Origin: Terriglobia bacterium
GTDB taxonomy: Bacteria; Acidobacteriota; Terriglobia; Acidiferrales; UBA7541
Direction of reading: 5' to 3'
Assembly: GCA_963695545.1 (NCBI GenBank)
Contig: OY968796.1
Location: 2,560,001-2,624,000 of the forward strand
DNA: 64,000 bases
Shown: in pieces, positions 47,184-57,670 of the stretch
How the letters are laid out: the number at the start of each line of letters is the position of its first letter
How positions within the stretch are numbered: position 1 is the first letter of the stretch
The notes under the pieces: model-generated
What the model was told of the DNA's origin: nothing
The model's input: the letters and a program-made list of their open reading frames with translations, nothing else
Database searches by the model: none
Made by a program: the position numbers and the translations under genes

Positions 47184-48380
47184 CTAGGATACCAGAGTCC
47201 GAGGCGAGGGTTGCCCCGCGGGTTCGGGCAAACTCGCGGCCGGGGTTCCGGCTCCGGTCAACATGGCGGCGATGATGTCGGCGGCGCGGTCGATGGCGCC
47301 GGCGGCGCCGAGCTTGGCGCGAACTTCGGCGAGATCGCGGCGCATGAGGTCGCGCTCGGCGGGGGAATCGAGCAGGCGCGCGGTTTCCATCGCGAGGCGT
47401 TCGGGCGTGAGGTCGTCCTGAATCAGCTCGGGCACGATGCGTCGGCCGGCGATTAGATTGACCATGGCGAACATTGGCGTGCGAACCAAGCGGCGCGCGA
47501 CTGCGGCGGTGAACGGCGCGACGCGATAAACCACGATCATCGGCGTGCCTAGAAGCGCGGTTTCGACTGTGGCTGTGCCGCTGGACACGATGGCGAGATC
47601 GGCCGCGGCGACGGCGTCATACGTGGCGCCTTCGACGACTTTCATCACGATGCCGGATTGAAGATAGGGCACGATTTCGCGGGTGGTGAGGCCGGGCGCG
47701 AGCGCGAGGACGAATTGCGCGCCGCGCGACGGTCCGACGGACGCGCACGCAGGGAGAATGTGCGGGAGATGCTGGCGGAATTCGCCGGGACGGCTGCCGG
47801 GGAGAATCGCGACGATGGGACGCGCGGCGTCGAGACCATGGTCGGCGGCGAATTGTTGGCGCGTGCGTGCGGCGCGGACTTCGCCGACGAGCGGATGACC
47901 GATGAAATCGGCGGCAACGCCGCGGGCGCGATACCAATCCTGCTCAAACGGAAAAATGCAGAGGCCGCGAACGAAGCGGCGGCGGACGAGATTCGCGCGC
48001 CACGGTCGCCAGGCCCAGAATTGCGGGCAGATGAAATAGACCGAGGGCACGCCTTGAGATTTCAATTTGCGCGCGAGGCGCAGATGGAAGCCGGGAAAAT
48101 CCGTGAGGATGGCGAGGGCGGGTTTGCGGCGGCGCGCTTCGCGCGAGAGGCGGCCGAGCACGCGCACGATGCTCGGAATCTTGGCGAACACTTCGGTGAT
48201 GCCGAGGACGTGGACTTCGCGATAGTCGGCGACGATTTCAACGCCGGCTTCACGCATGCGCGGACCGCCCATGCCGAATAGTTGAACCGGCAGGCGTTCG
48301 CGCAGGGCGGCGGCGAGGCGGGCCGCGTACATGTCGCCGGAAGCTTCGCCGGCCGAGATCAGGATGGATGTTTCGGGCAT
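47184..48380 (-). CDS. lpxB: Lipid-A-disaccharide synthase
   Basis: AGEASGD, DFPGF, PQFWAWR, GHPL, LPGSR and SGTATVE motifs. Confidence 0.95.
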   Translation of the reverse strand: MPETSILISAGEASGDMYAARLAAALRERLPVQLFGMGGPRMREAGVEIVADYREVHVLGITEVFAKIPSIVRVLGRLSREARRRKPALAILTDFPGFHLRLARKLKSQGVPSVYFICPQFWAWRPWRANLVRRRFVRGLCIFPFEQDWYRARGVAADFIGHPLVGEVRAARTRQQFAADHGLDAARPIVAILPGSRPGEFRQHLPHILPACASVGPSRGAQFVLALAPGLTTREIVPYLQSGIVMKVVEGATYDAVAAADLAIVSSGTATVETALLGTPMIVVYRVAPFTAAVARRLVRTPMFAMVNLIAGRRIVPELIQDDLTPERLAMETARLLDSPAERDLMRRDLAEVRAKLGAAGAIDRAADIIAAMLTGAGTPAASLPEPAGQPSPRTLVS

Positions 48381-48431
48381 GGCGTGATGGCGGCTGTGAT
48401 GGTGACGCGTTGCCGCGCGTGCGGCTGCGGA

Positions 48432-50321
48432 TCAGCCCTCCGAGGGCAGCGGCTCGCGCGCGATCGACGCGGAACCGAGTCCCGCGGAGGTTGCCGGAAC
48501 CGCGAGCTCCTGATCGCGATATTGCAATTGATAGAGCCGGTAATAAATTCCGCGCAGCGCGAGCAATTCCTGATGCGTGCCTTGTTCGCGCAGGCGTCCT
48601 TTATGAAAAACGAGAATGCGATCGGCATGCTGGATGGTGCTGAGCCGATGCGCGATGACGAGCGAAGTGCGTCCTTCGAGCAAGCGATCGAGCGCGGCGC
48701 GGATGAGGAGCTCGGTCTTTGTGTCCACGCTCGAAGTGGCCTCATCGAGAATCAGGAATCGCGGATTGTGCGCGAGGGCGCGGGCAAAGCTGACCAGCTG
48801 GCGCTGGCCGACGGAGAACGTGGCGCCGCGCTCGGTGACCGGCGTTTCGACGCCCTTTGGCAGGGAATCGAGAAGCGGGCCGAGGCCGACTTCGCGCAGC
48901 GCGCGCTCGACGGCGGCGCGATCGATGCCGGGTGTGCCGAGGCGCACGTTAGATTCGAGCGTGCCGGTGAAAAGGAAAGGATCTTGCAGCACGATGCCGA
49001 ACTGGCGGCGCAGATCGCGAACGTCGTATTCGCGAATGTCCACGCCGTCGAGAAGAATTGAGCCGCGCTGAATTTCGTACAGGCGCAGCAGCAATTGAAT
49101 CAGCGTGGTTTTGCCGGCGCCGGTGTGGCCGACGATGGCGAGAGCCTGGCCGGGCGCAATGTGGAAGGACACGTCGCGCAGCACCCAATCGTCATCCTTG
49201 GGCGCGTCGCCGCCGCGATAGGCGTACCAGACGTTGCGGAACTCGATATCGCCGCGTGGATTGACGAGGCGGCGCGCGCCGGCTTGCAACATATTCGGCG
49301 CGGGCTCATCGAGAAGCTTGAAGATGCGTTCCGACGCGGCCATGGCGGATTGCAGGATGTTGAATTTTTCGCTCAAGTCCTGAATGGGCAAAAAGAACCG
49401 TTGGGCGTATTGCATGAAAGCGATCAAGACGCCGACGGTGACGGTGCCGACGAGCGCGCGCAGGCCGCCATACCAGAATGCCGTGGCGATCGCGGCTATG
49501 CTGAACAATTCCACGGCCGGATAGAACAGCGCGAAGGCCAGGATGGTGTCCTTGTAGGCGTCCATGTGCGCCCGGTTGTAGCGCTCGAATTCGGCCTGCG
49601 AATTTTTTTCGCGATTGAAGAGCTGCACGGCGGCCATGCCGCTGATGTGTTCCTGGAGAAAAGCGTTGATGCGGGCGATGGCGGTGCGAATGCGGCGGTT
49701 GGCGTCGCGAACTTTGCCGCGGAAGATCCAGGTGGCGACCAAGATCAACGGCAACACCGCAAACGTCGCGGCGGCCAGGCGCGCGTTCATCCAGAGCATG
49801 ATGGCGGCGATCAAGGCGAGCTGCACGGCGTCGTTCACCATGGCGGCGATACCGGCGGCGAAGAGGTCGTTGAGCGCGTCGACGTCGGTGGTGACGCGCG
49901 TGACCAGGCGGCCGACGGGGCTTTTATCGTAAAAACTCATGGGCAGGATTTGCAGGTGGCTGAAAATTTGCTTACGAAGATCGTAGAGCGCTTTTTGGCC
50001 GACGTTCTGCATGATGCGCGCCTGCAGAAATTGCACGGCGAAGCCGAGAAGCAACGAACTCAGGAACGCGACCGTGACCCAGGCGAGGCCGCGCGAGCCA
50101 ACGGCGAACGAGATTTTGTGATTCACCGTGGGATCGATGTAGCGGTCGACGCCCAACTTGAATAAATACGGGCCGATCACCAGAAGCGGGCCCACAGCGA
50201 TGGTGAGCGCGAGCGCGGCGACGACACTCCAGCCGTACGGACGCAGATAGCCCACCAACCGGCGCGCGAGGCGCGAGTCGTAGACCTTACCGAGCGCTTC
50301 TTCTTCGCGGAAATCGCTCAT
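48432..50321 (-). CDS. ABC exporter half-transporter (TMD+NBD)
   Basis: GHTGAGKT, degenerate signature FSVGQ, LILDEATS. Confidence 0.93.
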   Translation of the reverse strand: MSDFREEEALGKVYDSRLARRLVGYLRPYGWSVVAALALTIAVGPLLVIGPYLFKLGVDRYIDPTVNHKISFAVGSRGLAWVTVAFLSSLLLGFAVQFLQARIMQNVGQKALYDLRKQIFSHLQILPMSFYDKSPVGRLVTRVTTDVDALNDLFAAGIAAMVNDAVQLALIAAIMLWMNARLAAATFAVLPLILVATWIFRGKVRDANRRIRTAIARINAFLQEHISGMAAVQLFNREKNSQAEFERYNRAHMDAYKDTILAFALFYPAVELFSIAAIATAFWYGGLRALVGTVTVGVLIAFMQYAQRFFLPIQDLSEKFNILQSAMAASERIFKLLDEPAPNMLQAGARRLVNPRGDIEFRNVWYAYRGGDAPKDDDWVLRDVSFHIAPGQALAIVGHTGAGKTTLIQLLLRLYEIQRGSILLDGVDIREYDVRDLRRQFGIVLQDPFLFTGTLESNVRLGTPGIDRAAVERALREVGLGPLLDSLPKGVETPVTERGATFSVGQRQLVSFARALAHNPRFLILDEATSSVDTKTELLIRAALDRLLEGRTSLVIAHRLSTIQHADRILVFHKGRLREQGTHQELLALRGIYYRLYQLQYRDQELAVPATSAGLGSASIAREPLPSEG

Positions 50322-52267
50322 GCGCGCTCGAGCTCCTCTTCGAGCAATTGCTTTTGATACAGATCGGCGTAGTAGCCGTTACGTTCGAGCAATTCTTCGT
50401 GCGTGCCGAGTTCGACCACGCGGCCGAGACGAAGCACGGCGATCTGATCGGCGTGACGAACGGTGGAGCAGCGATGCGAGATCAATATGGTGGTGCGGCC
50501 GCGCATGAATTCGCGCAGGTTGCGGAGGATGCGATCTTCGGTGTCGGTGTCCACGCTGGAGAGTGCGTCGTCGAGGACCAGGATTTTCGGATCGCGGATC
50601 ACGGCGCGCGCCAAGGCGATGCGCTGTTTTTGGCCGCCGGAAACCGTGATGCCGCGCTCGCCGAGCAGCGTCTCAAAGCCTTGCGGAAAATCCTCGATTT
50701 CGGAGGCGATGCCGGCGATTTCCGCGGCTTCGCGGATGCGCTCGGGCGAAGCGTCCTCGACACCGAAGGCGATATTTTCGCCGATCGTCTTGCTGAACAG
50801 AAACGCGTCTTGCGGAACGAAGCCGACGGCGCGACGCAGTTCTTCGAGCGGCCACTGGCGAACGGGACGGCCATCGACAAACAGCGTGCCTTCGGGGGCT
50901 TCCCAGAGCCGCGCGAGCAGCGCCGCCATGGTGGATTTGCCGCTGCCGGTGGGGCCGACAACGGCGAGCGTGGAGCCGGCGGGGACTTCGAGCGTGACGT
51001 CTTCGAGGGCGGCGTCAGTGCGCGCGGCGTGCGCGTCACCGTTTGTGGCCGCAGCGCCGGCAGCTCGATCGCCCGACGGACTCGTGGTGGGATAGCGGAA
51101 ATTCAAATGGCGCAGCTCGATTTCGCCGCGAATTTCCTGGCCGGGCTCGATGCGCGCGGCACGATCGTCGATTCCGGGCTGCGCATCGAGAATGTAATTC
51201 AAGCGCCCCATGGAAGCCGCGCCGCGCTGCCAGATGTTGGTGACGAATCCGAGCGCGATCATCGGGAAAACCAACTGCAGCATGAAATTGTAAAAGACGA
51301 CCAATTCGCCGAGCGAAATGCGATGGAGCATCACGAGGCGGCCGCCCTTCCAAAGCACGAGCAGGAAGGTGAAGCCAATGAGCGTCTGGAGCGCGGGCAT
51401 GAAGAGACTCCAGAAATAAATCAGGCGCAGGTTGCGATCGATGTATTCGCGATTGGGCTCGTCGAAACCTTTGATCTCGGCCTCTTCCTGCGCGTAGGCG
51501 CGAATCACGCGCACGCCGGCCAGATTTTCTTGCGCGCGCGAGGAAAGCGAAGCGAGAGAGGCCTGTATCTGCGCGTAGAGGCCGTGGATTTGGCGGCCGA
51601 AATAGAACACCACGAATGCCACCACCGGCACCGGCAGCAGCACGTAGATGCTTAGCCGAGGCGAAAGCCAGAACATTAAGATCAGCGCGAGCACCATGGT
51701 GGCGAGGGTATTGGCGCTATACATGATGCCGGGACCCAGAATCATGCGCACTGAGTTCAGATCGTTGGTACAGCGCGACATCAGTTCGCCGGTGCGATTG
51801 CGGACGTAATACTCGGGCTCCATTTTCACCAGGTGCTCGAGCAGGTCGTTGCGCAGATCGTATTCAACGTCGCGCGAGAGGCCGATCAGAATCCAGCGCG
51901 TCCAGAATGAGAAAACGCCCTTGAGCGCGACCACCGCCAGCATGGCAACGCAAAACATCACCACGGTGTGCGCGCTGCGCGGGTGATAGGCCGGCAGAAC
52001 GTACAACATCAAGCGGCCCAGGCGGCCAAGCTGCGCCATCGGCTGCGCGGCGCCTTGAATGCAATCGATCACCACGCCGATCACCACCGGCAGAACCGTG
52101 CCGGCGACGCCCATGCCGGCTTGCATCAGCATTCCAACAAGCACCATGCCGGTGTGCCGGCGGACGTAGGGCAGCAGACGCAGCGTGTGGCGCCAGCCGG
52201 ACACGCGCTTGGGCGCGGCGGCGGGCGCGACGACGGCGGCAGGCAGAGTTTGTGCGGCGGCGCTCAT
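50318..52267 (-). CDS. ABC exporter half-transporter (TMD+NBD), heterodimer partner
   Basis: GPTGSGKS, VSGGQ, degenerate Walker B LVLDD; ATGA overlap with the partner. Confidence 0.93.
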   Translation of the reverse strand: MSAAAQTLPAAVVAPAAAPKRVSGWRHTLRLLPYVRRHTGMVLVGMLMQAGMGVAGTVLPVVIGVVIDCIQGAAQPMAQLGRLGRLMLYVLPAYHPRSAHTVVMFCVAMLAVVALKGVFSFWTRWILIGLSRDVEYDLRNDLLEHLVKMEPEYYVRNRTGELMSRCTNDLNSVRMILGPGIMYSANTLATMVLALILMFWLSPRLSIYVLLPVPVVAFVVFYFGRQIHGLYAQIQASLASLSSRAQENLAGVRVIRAYAQEEAEIKGFDEPNREYIDRNLRLIYFWSLFMPALQTLIGFTFLLVLWKGGRLVMLHRISLGELVVFYNFMLQLVFPMIALGFVTNIWQRGAASMGRLNYILDAQPGIDDRAARIEPGQEIRGEIELRHLNFRYPTTSPSGDRAAGAAATNGDAHAARTDAALEDVTLEVPAGSTLAVVGPTGSGKSTMAALLARLWEAPEGTLFVDGRPVRQWPLEELRRAVGFVPQDAFLFSKTIGENIAFGVEDASPERIREAAEIAGIASEIEDFPQGFETLLGERGITVSGGQKQRIALARAVIRDPKILVLDDALSSVDTDTEDRILRNLREFMRGRTTILISHRCSTVRHADQIAVLRLGRVVELGTHEELLERNGYYADLYQKQLLEEELERA

Positions 52268-52306
52268 AGTCTTTTGTGTTAGATGTCCTAAACGAAGCGC
52301 GGACTC

Positions 52307-52900
52307 CTATAGACTGGGATACGCCAGCGTGATTTCCATCACGCGGCCGGAGTCTCGTGCGCAGAAAACTTCCATCACCTGGGGCACGCTGGATCCTGCC
52401 CAATCGAATGCGTAATACATCAATTCTAGCTCGTGCTTTCCTTTGACGGAAGGCCCGGACGAATTCGGGTCGCCGTACAACTGTGTGACGCGATCTTCGG
52501 GATCGCCGAGATGCAGGCCGCGGCCGGTTTGCCACTGATCTTCGTGAAGAGTGTCACCATGGCGTCCGGAGCACGCGCCGGCTTCGGAAGCGATGGCGGA
52601 GATGGTGACGCTTTGGATCAGGTTGTTTTTGTCGAGTTCGAGCAGGATGGCGTGGCCGGTGCATGGGTCGCGCCATTGCTTGGTGCCGTCGGAGAGATCG
52701 GAGACGCCTTTAGATCCATAGCGGTGTTGGGCAGCACCTAAAGCGTCGCGGCCGGGGCGCAGTCCGGCCAGAGTGAGTTCGTTCGCGCGCGTCGCCGGCG
52801 CCGAGATTGCATCTTGCGAGCGCGCGGCAGCGGCGGCCGCTCCAGCCAGCAGCAAAATTGCGCTAGCGTACGGCCAGAATCTCGTCGAGCCGGGCTTCAA
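52307..52900 (-). CDS. Exported hypothetical protein
   Basis: Probable TTG start at 52900 after GAAGGAG; signal peptide; TLAGLRPG and LHLGDP...YGDP motifs. Confidence 0.7.
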   Translation of the reverse strand: MKPGSTRFWPYASAILLLAGAAAAAARSQDAISAPATRANELTLAGLRPGRDALGAAQHRYGSKGVSDLSDGTKQWRDPCTGHAILLELDKNNLIQSVTISAIASEAGACSGRHGDTLHEDQWQTGRGLHLGDPEDRVTQLYGDPNSSGPSVKGKHELELMYYAFDWAGSSVPQVMEVFCARDSGRVMEITLAYPSL

Positions 52901-53540
52901 AATTTTCTTCTCCTTCAGAGTACAGGCGCATGCGCTCGATGGGCAAGGCGGCTTGCGCGGCGTGCACCCAGCGCAGCAGACGCTGGATGTTCTCGCGCGT
53001 TCGTTCGTAGTAGCCGCGCAAATTTTCCGGGCGCGACATCGCGGTGAGAAATTCCTGTTCGGCCGGATGTTCGGAGGTGACGACGCGCGGGGCGGAATTT
53101 CCGAGCAAGCCCGCGTGCCCGGTAAAGAAGTGCTCGAATCCGGCGTCAATCAGAAAATGTCCGAGATCGGCGGCGGGAATGCCGTCGTCGTATGCGAGGC
53201 CATAGCTGGAAATTTCGACGGGTTGCGGAACGTCGCTCCAGCGGCCGGATTCAGCGTCCCGCGTCCAGAGGTCCGTGAACGCCCCGATCTCGTAGGAGGC
53301 ATCCGCATTCGCGTTTTCGCGTATCAGGGCGACGATTTCCGGCGCGCTCACAGGCGCGGCGCGCAATTCGTATTCCACGATGGGAGGCAGGCTGGGTTCG
53401 ACGGCGCGGATCACCAGCGAGGTGAATCCGGGGCGCGATTTAGAGAGCGGTACGGTCTCGAGCAGGCGTTCAAGGCGCTCGAGGCGCATGGCTTCGTCGA
53501 AGTCGCGGAGCCAGAGACTGGCGAAAGCGTGATTGGCCAT
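52863..53540 (-). CDS. Hypothetical protein
   Basis: 225-aa acidic ORF; TATAAT 7 nt before the ATG. Confidence 0.78.
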   Translation of the reverse strand: MANHAFASLWLRDFDEAMRLERLERLLETVPLSKSRPGFTSLVIRAVEPSLPPIVEYELRAAPVSAPEIVALIRENANADASYEIGAFTDLWTRDAESGRWSDVPQPVEISSYGLAYDDGIPAADLGHFLIDAGFEHFFTGHAGLLGNSAPRVVTSEHPAEQEFLTAMSRPENLRGYYERTRENIQRLLRWVHAAQAALPIERMRLYSEGEENFEARLDEILAVR

Positions 53541-53618
53541 GGCGGAGATTATACAGGGAGCGAAGGCTTGCGGAATCGTTCCACGTGCAGCGGAAAGGCG
53601 TGGAGCGGCACCGCGCGA

Positions 53619-56507
53619 TTAACTGTTCGGCGATTGCGGGTCGGGCGCTTGCGTTGAGTCGGGCGCAGATTTCGGCTCGGGCTTGGTGTGCGATTCCGGT
53701 TCCGGCGAGCGCAGAATTCTCTGGCGCATCGACACGCCGATCTCCGCGAAAATGCCGGAGCACGCGGCGCGAATGCGATCTTCGGATTCGACAGCCAGTT
53801 GGTCGATCAAATCCTGCGAGTGCTGATTGAGTTTGGTGACGGAGGCGAGTTCCCAGGTATTCGAGTTGTTCTCAAGGCGCTGCTTATAGTCCTCGACCGC
53901 CTGATTGCCCATGCGCGCAAGGTCTTTCTCGATCTCCTGCACGTCGGCGTTTCGCGCCGCGCGCCAGTACTCGGTGACGGCTTCGGCCTGCGCATCGATT
54001 TCGCCCCGCGCGGCGACGATCGACTCGGCGGATTGTTTTTCGATATCGGCGCGGAACTTCTCCGCGGTCAATTGCGCGGCGGCATCGAGCTGAGATTGCG
54101 TCTCGGCGGCCTGCGCGTCAAGGCGCGCCGAAAAATGCTCTTGCGCCGCCGCGCTTTGGGCCACCAGGCGCTGATACTGCTCGGCGGCGATCTTCGCGGC
54201 GCGCTCGCTGAATCCGCCGGCGACGGCGTCGCTGGCTTCCTCGGCGGCTTCGCGCGTGCGCTCGGCTGCCACGCGCGCTTGATCGTCCAATTGTTCCTTG
54301 GCCTGCTCGACGTAGCTGCGGGTGAAATGATCGAGCTCGGCGGCGAATATGCCGGACAGCTCGGCGGCTTTGTCGCGGAGGGCGTCGGCCGCTTGCGCGA
54401 TGCCCTTTTCGAGCGTGGACTGCATTTGCGTTTGGACTTTCTTTTCGTACCAGTCGGCAGATTTGAAAATCGATTCAAACGCGTTGTGCGTGGTATCGGT
54501 CGCACGGGCCTCCAGATCGGCCAGCGAACGCGCCTGGGCTTCGGAGCTGGATTGCTGGAATCGCTCTTCGAGGCGGCGGAAGATTTCTTCGGTGCGCGCC
54601 GCGGCGTCGCTGGCGGAGCGCTCGGAAATTTCGCGCACGCGCTGCTCGTGAGCGGCAAGGGCTTCCTCAGCGCGGGCCGAGCCGGCTTCGAGTTCGCGCA
54701 GCGTGGCGCTGGCGCGATCGAGCTGCGGCGCGAACTGTTGCTCAATTTGTTGCGCGACGCTGGAGAGCAACTCGCGTCCCGCGGCTATCAAGCCCGGTTC
54801 GAGGCGCTCGACGACGGAATTCGCGATGGTCTCGGCGCGCTGGTTCAAAGCGACGCTGTGCGATTCGACGAGAGCCTGGCCGTGTCGCTCGAGTTCCTCG
54901 CTTGCGTTCTGGCGCAGACCGTCGAGCGTGGCGCCGTGGTTTTCGATCTTTGCGGCGGCCTCGTTCAGTTGGCTGACGGCCGCGTTGGCGCGCCCCGTTT
55001 CTTTGCTGAGCGATGCGCGCAGCGTGCCGAGAGCGCTTTCGGCTTCGGCTGTGGCATCGTTGAAGGCTTTAGTAAGCGTTTCGATGCGCTGCGCGATGTG
55101 GCGTTCGAGTTCTTGGGCCGAAGATTCCGAATTGTGCGCGAGGCGCTCGGCAGCCTGGCGCGCTGCGGTCTCGAGCGAAGACTCCATGTGCTCGTGCACG
55201 CGCGCGTTCGCGGTGGCCACGTCCGCTTCGAGCCGCCCACGCCAGACGGACTCGGCTTCGGAAGTCGCGGCAGCCATTCGCTCGGCTACGCGAGCGGCGG
55301 CGGCTTCGAGTTCGGTCATGCGGGCGAGAGCTTGCGCGGAACTTGATTCGGCGATCTCGGTCCAGCGGCGCAGGCTTGCCGTTGCGGTTTCTTCGGATTC
55401 CCGGCGCCACTGTTCAAGACGCGTTTGCGCGGCCGACGATTCGGCTTCGAGCGTGCGTGCCGCGTTTTCGATTTCGGCGCGGGCTTGGTCGAAGCGCGCG
55501 TGAATTTCAGCTTCGAGTTCTTCGCGCCGGCGACGCTCGACCTGATCGATTTCGGAGCTGAGCCGCCCGATTCCGCCGCGCAGATGGCGGTCGGCTTCCT
55601 GTGCCCATCGCGCGCTCAAACGCTCGATCTCGCCTTGCGAGATGTTTTCGAGCGCGGAGCGCAGAACCACTTCGCCGTGCGTGGTGGCGGCGTCGCGCAC
55701 GGATTTTTCGGCGGCGTTCTGAAGCTGATTTTCGATGGAGAGCAGCAAGGAACGAAGCTCGGCCGAGACGGCTTGCGTGGCTTGCGTGTTTACGGTCTCT
55801 TGCAACTGCTGACGGGCCTCGTTCATGAGGCGGCTCATCTGGCGCGCGAGCTGCAGCGATTCATCGGCGGACGCTGGAGACGGCATGACGTGAATGTGTG
55901 CGTCGGCGCGCGATTCCGGTTCGTGCTCAGCCGGGCGCTCCGCGGACTCCACCGAAACCGTCTCAGGCTCGGGCGGGGCCGCCGCCGCGGGCGATTCTTC
56001 CTGCGGCGCGATCGATGACGCTTCAGCTTGCTCGGAAATCGTGGCTTCAAGCGACGTCGCGATGGAAGGCGAGAAGGAACTTGCGATGGAACGCGCAGGA
56101 GTTTCCGGGCGCGCGCCATCCGGGAACGGCGTCCAATCCGACGGCGGAAATGCGACGCCCCAAACATTGCCAGAGGTTTCAAGCTCGGCGCCGATCTGGA
56201 ACAATTCGCGTACAGTGCGCGGGCGCTGCACCCACGTGACGCGCGCGCGTACGGTGCGCGGCGGACGGCCCGTTTCCGGGTGCGGCACCTCGAACGTGAG
56301 CCACATATTTTTAAGGACGTAGTGCTTCGATTGGTAGCGGCAACCCTGGCAATTGATGATCTGCGTGGAGGTGCGCTCCTGAAACGGCCGGCCGAGCGCG
56401 TCTACGCCGGTGACCGTCAGCGGTACAGCTTGCACGATGCGCGTACTGCGCCTGTTTTTGGCGTCCGTATCACGCCGCGGAGAGGTTTCCACGCCCGTAG
56501 CTCCCAA
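53619..56507 (-). CDS. PilZ-like N-terminal domain plus very long coiled coil
   Basis: RRSTRIVQAVPLTVTG...ARVTW N-terminus; roughly 700 aa of A/E/Q/R-rich helix. Confidence 0.8.
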   Translation of the reverse strand: MGATGVETSPRRDTDAKNRRSTRIVQAVPLTVTGVDALGRPFQERTSTQIINCQGCRYQSKHYVLKNMWLTFEVPHPETGRPPRTVRARVTWVQRPRTVRELFQIGAELETSGNVWGVAFPPSDWTPFPDGARPETPARSIASSFSPSIATSLEATISEQAEASSIAPQEESPAAAAPPEPETVSVESAERPAEHEPESRADAHIHVMPSPASADESLQLARQMSRLMNEARQQLQETVNTQATQAVSAELRSLLLSIENQLQNAAEKSVRDAATTHGEVVLRSALENISQGEIERLSARWAQEADRHLRGGIGRLSSEIDQVERRRREELEAEIHARFDQARAEIENAARTLEAESSAAQTRLEQWRRESEETATASLRRWTEIAESSSAQALARMTELEAAAARVAERMAAATSEAESVWRGRLEADVATANARVHEHMESSLETAARQAAERLAHNSESSAQELERHIAQRIETLTKAFNDATAEAESALGTLRASLSKETGRANAAVSQLNEAAAKIENHGATLDGLRQNASEELERHGQALVESHSVALNQRAETIANSVVERLEPGLIAAGRELLSSVAQQIEQQFAPQLDRASATLRELEAGSARAEEALAAHEQRVREISERSASDAAARTEEIFRRLEERFQQSSSEAQARSLADLEARATDTTHNAFESIFKSADWYEKKVQTQMQSTLEKGIAQAADALRDKAAELSGIFAAELDHFTRSYVEQAKEQLDDQARVAAERTREAAEEASDAVAGGFSERAAKIAAEQYQRLVAQSAAAQEHFSARLDAQAAETQSQLDAAAQLTAEKFRADIEKQSAESIVAARGEIDAQAEAVTEYWRAARNADVQEIEKDLARMGNQAVEDYKQRLENNSNTWELASVTKLNQHSQDLIDQLAVESEDRIRAACSGIFAEIGVSMRQRILRSPEPESHTKPEPKSAPDSTQAPDPQSPNS

Positions 56508-56642
56508 GGAGTCGAAATCCAGACTAACATCGCGGAAACCGAGCGTCGAGTGTTTCCAGCGGTAGTTGCGAAATCGCTAATGGCTGCCCGGAGGCTCAGG
56601 GGCGGCCCGTCGCCCCGGGGCGGTGGCGGGCAGGGCCCGAGA

Positions 56643-57242
56643 TTACAGCTCCCGCCGGCCTTCCATGGCCTTGAGCATGGTCACTTCGTCGGCGTATTCA
56701 AGGTCCGAGCCGACCGGGATGCCCACGCCAATCCGCGTGACGCGCACGCCCAGCGGCTTGATCAATTTCGAGAGGTAGACGGCGGTGGCTTCGCCCTCCG
56801 CGGTGGGATTGGTGGCTACGATGATTTCTTCCACCGCGCCGCCTTTGAGGCGCTCGATCAGGGTCTTCAGGTGCAATTGCTCTGGGCCGATTCCCTGAAG
56901 CGGCGAAAGCGCGCCGCCGAGCACGTGGTAGAGGCCGCTATACTGCCGCGTTTTCTCGACCGAAGCGATGCTGTTGGGATCTTCGACCACGCAGATGATG
57001 CGGCGGTTTCTCGTGGCGCTTGAGCAATAGAGGCACGGATCGGTGTCGGTGATGTTGTGGCATACCGAGCATTGGTGGACGTTGAGCTTGGCGTCGCGAA
57101 TGGCGTCGGCCAGCGCAAGAGCTTCTTCAGGCCCGACGCGCAGCAGATGAAACGCCAGGCGCTGCGCCGTCTTCTGGCCAATTCCCGGAAGGCGCTTCAA
57201 CTGGTCGACGAGTTTCGAGACGGGTTCGGCGAAGTCGGGCAT
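56643..57242 (-). CDS. recR: Recombination mediator RecR
   Basis: [18 protein letters not shown]...CLYC and [18 protein letters not shown]. Confidence 0.97.
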   Translation of the reverse strand: MPDFAEPVSKLVDQLKRLPGIGQKTAQRLAFHLLRVGPEEALALADAIRDAKLNVHQCSVCHNITDTDPCLYCSSATRNRRIICVVEDPNSIASVEKTRQYSGLYHVLGGALSPLQGIGPEQLHLKTLIERLKGGAVEEIIVATNPTAEGEATAVYLSKLIKPLGVRVTRIGVGIPVGSDLEYADEVTMLKAMEGRREL

Positions 57243-57340
57243 TAAGGGTTGGTCCGCTCGGAGCGCGTTTGTTCAATCGAAGGAGCGGGGCGCGGCGCGA
57301 TTCGTAATTTCACTAAGATTGGTATTGAACGTCGCGCGCT

Positions 57341-57667
57341 TCAATAAAGTCCGGGGATTTTCAGGCCGGCAATTCCCGGAACACCGCCGGCCAGATTTTT
57401 CATCTGGCTGGCCAGTTCTTCATCCACGCGGCGCGAGGCTTCGTTGACCGCCGCGCGAATCAGGTCCTGAAGCATTTCCTGATCTTTGCTTTTGAAGATT
57501 TCAGGTTCGATGCGCACTTCGGTGATTTGCTTCTGGCCGTTCATCTTCACGAGGACCATGCCGCCGCCGGCCGAAGCCTCGACGTGCACAGTTTCCACCT
57601 GCTTCTGCAGGCTCTCCTGCATCTGCCGGAACTGCGTCAGCATTTGCTGTAGCGCCTTCACTTCCAT
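57341..57667 (-). CDS. ybaB: Nucleoid-associated protein YbaB/EbfC
   Basis: ASAGGGMVLV, LQDLIRAAVNEA; lies between dnaX and recR. Confidence 0.95.
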   Translation of the reverse strand: MEVKALQQMLTQFRQMQESLQKQVETVHVEASAGGGMVLVKMNGQKQITEVRIEPEIFKSKDQEMLQDLIRAAVNEASRRVDEELASQMKNLAGGVPGIAGLKIPGLY

Positions 57668-57670
57668 GAT

